DNA of 64,000 bases. Origin: Tubiluchus corallicola (taxonomy: Eukaryota; Animalia; Priapulida). The stretch lies in the NCBI GenBank assembly GCA_030141605.1, contig JAQGDQ010000118.1, forward strand, positions 310,001 through 374,000, read 5' to 3'. The position numbers were made by a program, and so were the translations under genes. Of the stretch, positions 15,118 through 27,888 are shown piece after piece. The notes below the pieces were generated by a model. That model did not search any database. It was not told the DNA's origin and saw only the letters and a list, made by a program, of their open reading frames with translations. Each line of letters starts with the position of its first letter. Position 1 is the first letter of the stretch.

Positions 15118-17140
15118 AAGAATTGTATAGTATACGAATGTGTAAATTCAACTTCTATAAAGCGACCAAATGCTATGAAGTTTCTGCCAACAAAACAAAA
15201 CAGCTTTCATTTAGTGTTAGCAGTTCTGCAACATACATGACAATAGACACGGCAAAACCGTGATAATAGAAAGTTTTAAGATTGTGCTAAAACGCATCCG
15301 GTGGCGCTGTTGGTAAGTTAGTATATAAAAATACTATCACGCGCCTAGTGTTAACCGAAAGAGATTATGATTACTGCCGTGGAAATTATATACAATTTAC
15401 ATTTCTATGTTTAGATTTATTTGCGCAATATAAACGCATTATAGGAAGAAAATTCAATGGTTGTTCGTTATTTGTAATGCATGAGCGATACGTGAGAACA
15501 TCTTGAAAAGTTGAAAGTTGACATATTTAGCTAAGGGCAACAGTACAAAATATTATTGCGGGGTTGTGGTCTGAGCACAATTATTGCTAAACGATTATAG
15601 TCATATAACACGTTTTGTGTGAAACTGTCTGAATATTTGGACACATTATGGACACCTATTGACTAACTTAATGTCTAACTAATGTAACGAGGGCCACTGC
15701 TTGAATTTACAGGCCACTCACTGTCGGTTGTTTTACGTAAAAACTTTTACTCAAACAGAATAATTAAAATCTGGAATTAACTCCCTGAGCATGTCAGCGA
15801 TGCCCCCTTAGACTGTGCTCAGAACAGCAAACGTTAAGTAAAGTATGTAAATCCCAATAATTACTTACTTTATAACAGGCACCTGTCAGTCGCATTGGCT
15901 CTGTGTTTTTACCCGTAATCTTTTGATTAGCTCTTTTATCGGTAAGATTTTATTCGGTACTGTATATACGTTTTATCCTGCTCTCACATTTTATAGTTTT
16001 TGGAAATATTTTTGATATTTTTAAATAAAGATTACGTATTAAACTAAACTAAACCAGCTAAACTAATTATGTCGGTTAAATTGCAAACAATAATTTATGG
16101 TGCTGCAATGCTGTGGTCAATTAAAAGTCTAACCGTGGCAGAAAAATGCTTGGTAATAAATTAATTGCCAAGATTATTACTCTTTACATCATCTGCAGGT
16201 ATAAAGATCAATAAAATTCCTGCATCTACAGCCAGATCATATGTATAACCGTACTTCTAGTATGTAGCGTGTTTTTTGTGGTTGCTCTGCAAGACGGTAG
16301 CATTTTAATTGAGAGTGCATGTAACTGATACGAAAAATCGATATAAGGAATTATAGCTTTGTGCTGCTGAAATGCGAGAACTTCTACTTCTTAATTTTTT
16401 ATTATCTTTTCTACTATTTACTATAAAATAAGACAATATTCTTTCCTTTACAAGTGTATTATGCAGAAATGTTAATAATGTATGCATAAATAGAACTGAA
16501 TAGTGTAAAAGTAGCCAGAATGTCACAAATTAAAGTTTTAAAGTTACTATATTTTAGTTACTAGAAATAAGAGTAATGAAACGTCACAAAGTTAAAAGTT
16601 ACAGAGCGAATCACCGCCAACCAAAAGACCACCATGACGCTCCATACATGGTAATACTTTATACATAAGCTTTAAGACGATGACCTTTCCTGTCAAGTTA
16701 TTATAGCATAAGTTTAGTAAAAAAGTTTACTTTGCTAACTTTTATTCGAAGAATGTTTTTTATTGCGTAGGCGAATGTGTCAGCAAATTAAAGCAGCGTT
16801 GTCTTCGCAGTGTGTTCGTTGTCTGATTAGCAGGAATAACATCAAATAAAGGTAAATTGCCACAGTGACAAGACAAAAAAACAAAAGTTAATATCAAGTT
16901 GCGTCAGTTGTTTGTTTGTTCATTGCACTTCGGTTCATAGCAAGCCGGGTAATTCTGATTTCAATGTCTGGGCCTGGTCTATTCTAAATTATTTGTAGTG
17001 AGGCCGGAATCTAAGCTCACTGTCAAGAATGACCATGAGCTATTAAACCGGAAGAGATGTTTTAGCTAAACTCCTATTCTACATACCCTGCCTGAACGAG
17101 GTAAATAGCTAGAATCAGTGCGGCGAATGGAACTTCGCAG

Positions 17141-17198
17141 ACCGAGTATTGAACCCAGGTGCAGACAGTGAACGGCGTTGCTTAACTTCGTTAACGGG
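17141..17198 (-). mobile_element. Possible SINE head combining a 5S-like box A and a tRNA-like box B
   Basis: Minus strand has CGAAGTTAAGCAACGCCG (17190-17173) followed by GGGTTCAATAC (17156-17146). Confidence 0.4.
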
Positions 17199-20100
17199 CA
17201 TGCGCAGTTATTACAGCGTTACTCAGCAGTTTCTCCTCTTAAACTGATAGATTTCCATCGAGTTAATCTCATAAAACATGATTACAATGTTTAGGCAAAA
17301 GTGAGGACGAGTCTTGCCTTTTTTGAATCCATATCTAAAGAACCTGTCCTGGTTTTCTTGAATTAGATTTGATGATTTAAGGAAATAATAATGATAACAA
17401 TCACAACTTTCATATATTTTATTACAAAAGTGTAGTTCTGGTCTACGGAAACTTATCTAAAAAAGCTACAAAAATATATTCACAAGTTAAAAGTAGAAAT
17501 TTACATAAATAAATAAACTTTTATACTGATGAAAAACGGCGCAAAGTCGTGACCGTCTTTCTCTCCCAATAAATCAATTAAAATATAGTTTAAAATCAAA
17601 CTTATTTAAATTTGAATTTATTTACGTATTTATACTTTAATTTATATGCTCCAACTGCTAGCGTATTTGAATTTTGTATTTGACAAAAAGGTCCCAAAAA
17701 CAAATAGCCTTCTTTCGCACACATTTTTTTTAGTATATCCATCTTACACCACCTATAAAACCTTATTACTTTTTGTTGTAGTTGCATTATAATTTCGAAA
17801 AAGTTGTCACGTATTTACTATTAATATAGTCAACCTATCCTTCTGGAACAGAATTTTAGTTATTTATTTTACTCTTCATTTGACAATTGGCACCTTTAAC
17901 GTGGAACCGGTCCCCAGGTACATTGTATTAATACTACCCGCTTTATTGGCCTCGCCGCCTACCGCTCGAACGCCTGGTTGAACAAAGTAAAAATAAACAT
18001 GACGGGTTCTGTTCGGCTTTTCCGACATGACTTTTTAGCTACTGAAATCTCTGCGCTGATACATCATTAGAAAAATAATCACGGTGCCACGAGAAACGTG
18101 TTCCGTCCCAGACAGACATAGCGTGACAAGTTTATACGCCACGAAACTTTTTTACCTCCCAAATTTCGACGAAACTGAAATAGTGCATGACCCTTATGAT
18201 ATCAGCAAATAATTTCCAGTTGCAATATGCTGCGTGCAATCTTTTTCATTTTTTATGCTCTTTGCCTTCTAGAAGCTGTAGTAATAACAATTAACATCTC
18301 TTACTACGGTACCACAGAAGTAACTGGGCACTAAAAGAGGTACAGAAGGTCCTTTGCACAAGAATGTGTTTGCTTCTGAGTTTAAGAGCTAAAATACTCA
18401 AAAGCTAACAATCTGTGGTGTACTGAACCTCCACAGTACTTGTAATTGTAACTCCAGTAATTGTAAGCATTCAAAACTTATCAGTTCATGATAAAACAAT
18501 AGTCCTATGTTTAAATGAGCTAAACAAATTGGAAATCTTTCAACAAAATAGCTTCTTAGCACCTTTGTCACCGCTAATATTTTTCTTTTTCTGCAATCTT
18601 TTACTCAACATAAGCTACAAAGAGATTAAATGGCTTCAGTTGAATAAGATCATAGCGTGTATACCTAATGGTGTTAGTGTCTAAAGCAATACATAATAAA
18701 CACTGACAATCCAAGCAAAGCCGACAGTTGATATCAAGTAACAACAATAATAAGCTGGTTGCTGCATAGGTCATTAGGGTTGCGCCGGTTTCAAAACAGA
18801 TTCTTGTATCCATTCGTTAGCTGTGTGCGCCACACATGATTAGGAATTCACAGCACCGTATGTCAGTCTAGCTTCTTTATTTCCAATTTATTGGGAAAAA
18901 AGAAGGCAGCTAGAGCAAGCAAACGCAGGAAAGATGTTCTGGATTTTTTTCGGGAAAATGACTTGAGAATTAGTGGTTACACTGTCGAAGTACAAAGAAA
19001 GGGTTTCATAAAAGCAAAAAACAGTACTGTTCAAATTTCATTCTTACAAACGTAAGTTTTAAAACTTTTTAAATTTTTATGAGTTCGCAATTATTTTCTA
19101 ATGATGCTAAAACCATTAGAACATCGAAATACCATTGAAATATCGTGTATGCATGACTTGGGGCGGGGGGGGGGGCTTAAAAACTTTTGTAACTTGAAAA
19201 ATTCTCTCCTAGACGAACATTGCAGATATGGATGCAAACAAGTTTCCAATTTAGAATTTTTTAATAATTTCTTTAATAATATGAAATATTTAATGTTGGT
19301 TATTATTCTGAAAGGCCTACATATAACAATTATTCCATAACTTTATTGCAAAGGATTTATATTTATATTGGAACTCGATATATTAGAACTATGAAGTGTA
19401 GGCCTACTATACGGCCGCCTATATTAGTACAACATTTTTCAATTTGAATTTCTAATAAAAAAATTGGTATATTACCAAGCCTATTACAAAATCTTGAATA
19501 AAATTTAATTAAGACAATATGGTATTGATTGATTTGGATAAGAAAACATGTTCCAGGAGTTATATTAACAGAACAAGTAAAATTTAAAAAGGTTTAATTA
19601 TGAAGCGAATAACAAGCTTACTCGCATAATTTCTTCACTTACCTTAAAAAAATCACAAACAGCGAAAAATGTATTTATTGAGAAAAAGCGAAAAATCGTA
19701 TGAATGAAAGAAGTACGATTAGTCTAGGTAAGAAGGAGAACCTGTTACGACGAAATTCGACGAAATTTGTGGAAAAAGCAAATGGGCATTTCTTGTGCAT
19801 TTTATAAACTTAAAAAACATATATCACATTTATACAGCTTATATTTCATAATTATCCCCATAGGCATTTAATGGCCCATACGTCTAAGTTAAGACCACCT
19901 ATATTTTTCTGTAATTGTTCTCACAAACAATAACAAAAGCACTGTATTAACTTCTGCCAGTTAAAATCTAAAGCCCTCATATTACTGTAGGGCTTTGATA
20001 TGCATACGTAACTATAATATGTATAATTTGAAAAAAATTGTCATATACGCTCCCCTATCCTTTACTATAGGGCTCTACACATATTACACGATTCATAACA

Positions 20101-22126
20101 TTGATGAATCATGTATTCATGACTAAAGCAGGCAGTTGAAAAAACAGCTTGCATTATTTTAACAAGCTACTGGCACCACGACAACAAAAGTATGTTTTTC
20201 TGCATCACACCTGTACGCGAATTGCTACTACAGAAAGTTATTTTACCTGCTCGTATATAAAGGCAAGCTTATTGGCAAGTTTATAAAAAAATAGCGAAAT
20301 ATATTATAATTTATATTACGTAGTGTGTTATAATAATATATATTTATATTAATTTGTATGTAGTAGGTTTATTAGTATTTTATATTATTTTTTTGCTTTG
20401 TTTAAGTAAGCTAATCTAAAGGTCAAAAACTAAAAAAATAAAAAAATAATTAAAGAGACTTGTTATTAATCTTTATGGAAATTATTTAGCGCCATCCTAT
20501 ACATATTTTATTTATAATGGTTTTTATCAAGAAATTACATGCATATTATTATAGACTCAATTTAGTATATGTGTCAGCAGTTCGTTTATAATTACACTAT
20601 ATCCTAACAAATAGGCGCCATATCTAAATAGCTTTTTAATCATCAATCAATTACCCAGAAATTATTTTTATCTATCACATTTAGTAATTGAAAAGAACCT
20701 TCTTTAACTTAAAAATGTCACAGTCTAACTCTATTTTTACCTACCTGCTTAAAATATTATAGTATAAAACACTAATATATTAACTGAGACGTTATTCTGT
20801 TTTTCTAAACATACTAGAAAAATACATCAATAAGTTAAATTAAATTTAACTATAAAATCTTTCTCTTTTCATGTTTGTGACTAATAGTGTGTGTAAATTA
20901 CACAAAAATGTTGCTTATTTTGTCAGTGTAAATTATTCTAGTCTTTTTATAACACTGTCGACTATCGTGATTTTATAATCATCAAACTTGTATTGTATTA
21001 CGCATGTAAACAAAGTCATTTATTGTCATTTTCTCGCTTACAACTTTTTATTCAATAAATCACCTTTGAAGCACTCTATTAATTAATTGCATAATGGATT
21101 TAATTACACCCAACAATAAACCAAAATTTTCTGAAAAGCATCAGAAAGTCGTAGGCCAGTGTTTTAATACAATTAGGTGTCATTTATCAATTAGAAGGTG
21201 ACATAAAATTTACCTGTTTTAAGTAAATCAAGCGTGAGAAGCAATCGCCGCTTTTCTGTTAAAACTACAAGATTTTCGCAAAAATACAAAAAGTCTATTT
21301 AAATCAATACATCCTCGACTTATTGCAAAAGTATGCTGTAACAAAACTACATTTTTTGTGTGCTGGTAAACGCAATAAAGCCAAATGTTAGTTAGCGTTT
21401 TTCCCCGTTTTACGTACCGGAAGAAAGTAGCATTCCGATCACCGAAACACAACCCGCTAAAAGTAAGAAAGTTTATTACTTGAGCTTTAAGATGTAGACA
21501 TTCTCATTAACACGGTGGTAAGAACAGAGCGATTTGTCAAATTTCCTTGTCCAATGGCGCCAGGCAGATTACTATTTAGTCCCGGGCAGTTGTGTACAGC
21601 GGCTAAGCTAACCCTCAGTTCAGAGAGCACCACTTACTCAAGTAGTGCTTTACTACCAACAATAACATAAACACGACGGGCGGACTCTGTTTAGTTTGTA
21701 AGCGACGCTGTGCAGTTTTCACGTGCGGATATAAACAAATAAACAAGCAAATATTTATAAGTTTTCGCGGCGCAAGTCTAATAAAATTCGTTAAGTTTTA
21801 CGCACTTCTCAGAACCTCGATTGCAATCTTAATTTGACGAAAATAAATACGTAGTCACATGCCGTCATTGGATAACTTATGCAAATTACATCCCTTGACC
21901 GAAAATAGCATCGCATTGTAACTGTGTGACAAGACGGTGATTTAGTGTGACAAAAACTCCAGCACTTTATTAGCTAAGCCTATGTATATTATAAATAGAA
22001 ATTTAAAATAAACATAAATCGCAACCATCCTGTACAAAATATACATCAATAGTCACATTTTTCTTAATATATGGCTAAAGATCTCATTGCTGCAATTGGC
22101 TGAAATTGAAAATATTTTGTGGTCAC

Positions 22127-22134
22127 ACTTACCG
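22127..22134 (-). other. 5' splice donor of Tbx2/3 intron 1 (phase 2)
   Basis: Minus strand reads TCT GGT CG|GTAAGT, a perfect consensus donor at the intron position commonly conserved in T-box genes (SGR/RMFP). Confidence 0.9.
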
Positions 22135-22515
22135 ACCAGATTTGGTGATGACCATCTCAGTTCCAAGCTTGTGAAATTGTTCCCAGAGATCTTTCGATTC
22201 CAGTTCTACTTTTGGATTGTCCACGTATTGACTGTCCTCCGGATCCAGTGTCCTGAGTGGTCGAGGAAGAGATGCCGCTTGCGCTGCAATCATCTCCTCT
22301 GGGGACATGGGACCTCCGGGCAGGACGGAGTTTTGTCCCAGTGCTTTGGGTAGCATTGGTCCAGGAGGGAGAGGGTTAAATGACAGACCGGGAAAGTACT
22401 GACTTTGGGCAGTTAGAATGGAATTGACACTAAAATCGGATGGCCTGTGGAAGAGGAAGGGTGAATAGGCCATTGCCGGAGTTGGCTGCACGATCTCGCT
22501 CTCCTCCAGTTTCAT
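22133..22515 (-). CDS. Tbx2/3: First coding exon of a T-box transcription factor, Tbx2/3 (optomotor-blind) subfamily
   Basis: Translation includes [31 protein letters not shown] and [30 protein letters not shown]. These match the TBX2/TBX3 N-terminus (MAYHPF..RxxDF) and the start of the T-box ([30 protein letters not shown]). In-frame ATGs lie at 22515 and 22473. The stop shown in the ORF track is really inside the splice donor CG|GTAAGT. Confidence 0.93.
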
Positions 22516-23340
22516 ACAGAAATCTTTCCTGTTTCAGCGTGAAAAAGAGAACACTTTGGTCTCGCCTTTGCTGTTGCTCGGGCCGCGTTAGTGACTGGAC
22601 TTGCGCTGCGCTCCGTCACTCCGGCCAATCGTCACAAATAGGCGTGTTTTATTCCTTCTAGCACTTGTCAGCGCCCACAATAGTCTAGGTGTTGAAGCCG
22701 TGCCACTATACATAAAATTACCTCCGCCAAACGCTGAACAGTTGGTTTCACCCGCAGAGTTGGTAAGACGGCTCTCCCAATATTGTCCGCTTTCGACAGC
22801 TGATTCGTTCCACTGAGCTCGCAGGCAGTCGGTTTCCGTGGAATTACTTTTCACAGTGAAGTGCCGACGGATTTTTAATTATTAACACCACAGTGCCCGC
22901 CTACTGACACTGACTGACAGGCGATGGTGTGAAATTCGGAGCCCAGTGAAATTACGTTCATTTATCATTACGGAATCGTTTCACATAAAAACGCTTTCAC
23001 TCGCCTCGCTGGTCTGCCGAATTTAGCCGCTACTAAAGTTCGGTTTTAATTTACACTCAAATATTAAAACGATATAAGGTCTAAAAAAGATGTTTCTCGG
23101 TGTATACAGGGTGTTCGTACCGCTCCTTATCAAGCCCGGGTGTTAATGTTAGTGAAGGATATACACAATGATTAGCCATTCTGGCTTGGCATTCTGACGT
23201 AAATTTATAAGTACGCTTGGCGCCAGTTCGCCGATGCGCTATAATAATCGTTCCGTCTGCTACTGCGCACTGCGGCTGCGCACAGGACACCGAAAACTTG
23301 CCGAAAAGACGCGCTCGTCCCGAACTAATGCGTCAAACAC
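22516..23340 (-). promoter_or_regulatory. 5' UTR / proximal promoter region of Tbx2/3
   Basis: GC- and CpG-enriched island directly upstream of the ATG. Contains CCAAT near 22625, a minus-strand TATAAA at 23204-23209, GGCGCC at 23219-23224 and several T-box half sites. The TSS cannot be determined. Confidence 0.55.
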
Positions 23341-24425
23341 AAAGGGTAACAGAGACTGCATTTAGTATTTTATTTCTTTATTGAAGTAATTGTAGATCCA
23401 GAAAACACCGCCTTCTAACTTAGAAGTTTTGCGATTGGTGGCAAGATATAGTTTTCTCTAAACGAAACGTGAAAGTTTTGCCTGAGAAAGAACGAGATTT
23501 TCATCTTACAGTAACCCTTTCTAAGTCATTGATTGACACGATAATTAGTCCATTTCAGAAAAAAATTAGAAAAAATGGTTGATTTCATTTAAACTAAACT
23601 CGATTCTAAAAACATTCTTTACCATTTTCTACCGTCTGCAAAAGAGGCATCTTTTTGTATATATGTTCTTTTTTGAATAAAGATTTATTATTAGTATTAT
23701 AAAAAATTCTACTGTCTTGATTTTTTTAATTATGTGTGCCGCTACGGCAGCATTTTGCATATCACATAACAAAGAATTACAGCAAGAATTACAAAAAACA
23801 CAGAATTTTAGTGCAAATCATTTTCTCCTAAAAATGATCCTTTTAAAGGCGTCAGTCAGAGAATGAGTAAAATAAAAACGATGTTATTTAGAAACAGAAA
23901 CGCGGTACGCGCTAGTTATTGTTGCACAGAAACACAGGAATATTACATATTATATAAAATTAAAAAAAACCTTATGCAACAACGTGCTCAGACTAAGTTT
24001 GACTTTAAATTTAAAAATAATCTATACTTGGAAACTACAACACTGTTGTCCAATGCAGCGTATTTTTATACTGCTATATTACCATAAGCTGCTCCAAAAA
24101 TAATAAAATGACGACTGCACTGTTTCAGCTTTTAATATTACGTCATCATAAACACTGTGCAGGACTCAAGAAGCCATGCAAACACAGCTCAAAGCAAAGA
24201 TTATTAGAAGCCTAAATTACAAGAAGCTTAGCGCTATCGATTTCCTCCAAACGTTAATGATTGAACGTGGGTCCTACAACAAGACTATAATACGGCAAAC
24301 CCGCTTTTAAAAATAACTTATGGAAAATGAAATTTCTGAACTACTGATAATCTAGTACTACCACTTAATTTATTTAAATTAATTTATTTACTTGGTACCA
24401 ACATGTTGCATGCTATTACTGGATT

Positions 24426-25131
<706 letters not shown>

Positions 25132-25164
25132 ATAAAGTCTACTTCATGGATAAAAAACCAATGT

Positions 25165-25399
<235 letters not shown>

Positions 25400-25984
25400 C
25401 TTTATTAAAAACGGCAGTCAGTGTCCAATACAATATCTACTGTTAAAAGCAGTTTGAATAGTTATTTAGTTATATCATTTAACGGTAGCAGTAGCTAAAT
25501 CGAATTAATATGCTTGCTCAAACTGAAAATGAGTTCTATAAATCATTCAAATTATTTAATTTGTTAAATGATGAAGTTAATTACAGTCACATAAAACTGT
25601 TAATTAAAAACAGAATTTACAAAAATAACAGGAAACTTGTTTAAGTAAAGATTAAATTTAATTGCCACCAAACAAAGGAATGTTCGTTTGTTAAAAAGGC
25701 TAGTATGTTTTTACATGGGCGTTAATTTTTTTTTTTTGATTGTAGTTGTTGTTAATTAATTAGCCCAATTACAAAATTCGTTTAGATTCGCCAGTCACCA
25801 ACTTATGAAACAACTAAACCATGCATTGGATTTGACCTGGCAAAGAAACGTATTTACCAAAAGTTTAATTAAATAAAACTTCCTCGGCAACAGAGCATTG
25901 CTGGAGATTTTGCACGTTCTAATATCGCACGGGTCAATTTGAGAATCTTTATTCAAGGCGCTTACGTAAAAGGCTTGCCGTCCG

Positions 25985-26060
25985 CTTTACCAAGTGCAAG
26001 ATAAGTGCCACTTGATTGGCGTATTTCACACTTGGTGTTGCTGAGGTGACACTAGAGTGA
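25985..26060. promoter_or_regulatory. Candidate enhancer with dense NK2 + GATA + T-box motifs
   Basis: CAAGTG 25991, AGATAA 25999, TAAGTG 26002, CACTTGA 26009, TTTCACACT 26024, CACTTG 26029, GGTGTTG 26034 and AGGTGACA 26044. Confidence 0.45.
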
Positions 26061-26220
26061 TTTAACTGGTTAAAGTCCATTACGAGGTTTATGTGACTGA
26101 GAGTTAACCGAAGAGGCACGTGAGCCGTTGTCTCAATCGCTGTTGTGTGGCGACTGCCGACTGGCGAGCAAACAATAAGTGTGACCAGCTGACCAATGAG
26201 TACTGGCCATTTCTCATCGA

Positions 26221-26360
26221 CTGACTGAATGAATGAATGAATCAACGAATGAATGAATAAATAAATGAATGAATTGATAGATGGATGGATGCGTGGATGG
26301 ACGAATGAATGGATGGATGATTGAACGAACGAACGAACGAATGAGTGAATGAATGAATGA
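26221..26360. repeat. Compound tetranucleotide repeat (GAAT/GGAT/GAAC)n
   Basis: Directly visible; a (GACT)n tract follows at about 26507-26535. Confidence 0.9.
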
Positions 26361-27178
26361 CTTTGATTTTATTTAATATTTTATTTCAAACTTTACAAAG
26401 TTCATATATACATCACAAACTAATACAAAAAATACAATAAATTATGGGGCACGACAATAACACAAATAACAATTAACGATATAGCAAACTTCGCCGAATA
26501 AATGGTTGACTGACTGACTGACTGACTGATTGATTGCTTGATGCTTTTCAGTATGGTCATTTTGTGTCATATGTCGTTGATTGTCCATGGTGAATTGATT
26601 GTCCTCTCAGGGGACTTATCTTCATGGGCCTTGTTTCGTTTGCTTTTGGCGATCATTTGCTTCAGCTGTTTTTTCTTAATTAATCCTGATCTGTTAGTCA
26701 CCATTTTAATTATTTGGATTATGTGTTTTAGTTAGTTCCTTGTAGCTTGCACATAATTTTTTATTAGATTTAAGTAGGCTATTTAAGAGTTAAGTTAAAC
26801 AGATTTAATCAGTTTTTAAATAATACGATGGTGCCTATTGAATTGAATTGAAAAAAACTGAATTTTTCAAATTTGTCAGTACAATAATATTTTTTGATAT
26901 TACTAGAACTAACTAGTGTTTTTGCCATGCTACGTAATTGTACTTGTTGTATTTCGTAGTTGTGCTTGTATTTTGACTTTTGTTGTTTTTCGTTTAAATA
27001 ATTTCAGAAAAAGCAAATTTGCAATGACTATACTGCAACATGTCAGCAGTGAAAATTACAGCTGAAACCCTGTCAGCAGACGATTGTACAACAAATCATG
27101 AATGAACTAATTAAGGGCGTTAGAGTGCATTGTTCAAAGGTTGGTAAACATGGCGCTGATCTCTTGCAAATATCACCT

Positions 27179-27196
27179 GGCGCCGTCTGGTGGTAA
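27179..27196. promoter_or_regulatory. CTCF-like motif overlapping a GGCGCC site
   Basis: GGCGCCGTCTGGTGGTAA versus the CTCF core GCGCCMYCTRGTGG. Confidence 0.45.
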
Positions 27197-27823
27197 GATT
27201 AAGCTTCAGCAAATAACAGGGCATTACAACACAGTTAAACGGCCTTTGTAACGCTTTTTTTGCGGACAGTGATTAGTTTTTTGCTGTCGACTTCAACGAT
27301 TGATGCCACTATATTTTTGTGTTTTCAGTGTTTTTTCTCCGTTATATCATTTCTTGACTTGCACGATGCATACTAGCAACATTAACGATGATGAAAATCA
27401 GTCATAGGAACAAAAATCCGTTGCAAAATCTAGTTTATTTAACATTATGAAAACAAATCGGGTTTGGATGAATAACAGGAATAATATTGTAGATAACTGT
27501 ATCATTTTCCCCAGCACTTAATGCAGTGTAGCTTATCAACACTTGTTATTTTTTCAACATAAGCCACTCATTCACGGTGATTACATACAAGTGTATTAAA
27601 AACCAATCAGTTACCCTAAGCCAAGATTGACATTTCTTTTCTCATTATATTAAGTAATTTCTAAGGACTCAAGTGTAAATGATACTAACATTGACACGCA
27701 TACGTCAATCTCTCGATTAAAACGCAGAGTCTAAACGTCTATAACGTTTCACCTCTATAAAAATTCGAGTTAAAGTACTTGTTTTTCAGATTATAGAACT
27801 AGAAATGTGAAAGATTAATACAC

Positions 27824-27888
27824 AATTAATAATAAACTCAATAATTAATAAACTCAATAATAATAAACTCAAGAATTAATAAACTCAA
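27824..27888. repeat. Minisatellite, four copies of a 15-16 bp unit containing TAATAAACTCAA
   Basis: Directly visible. Confidence 0.85.

Larger units (their letters stand above)
1..22132 (-). other. Probable intron 1 of Tbx2/3, extending beyond the window start
   Basis: No sequence encoding RMFP..KFHNSRWMVAGKADP was seen on the minus strand in 1-22132, by eye or in the ORF track. The region is non-coding and contains TE remnants. Confidence 0.65.

Noticed and set aside
22087-22854. Overlapping plus- and minus-strand ORFs around exon 1
   Set aside because: Shadow ORFs of the GC-rich exon and 5' region.
27824-27888. CRISPR-like repeat array
   Set aside because: Tandem units without unique spacers, in a eukaryotic context.
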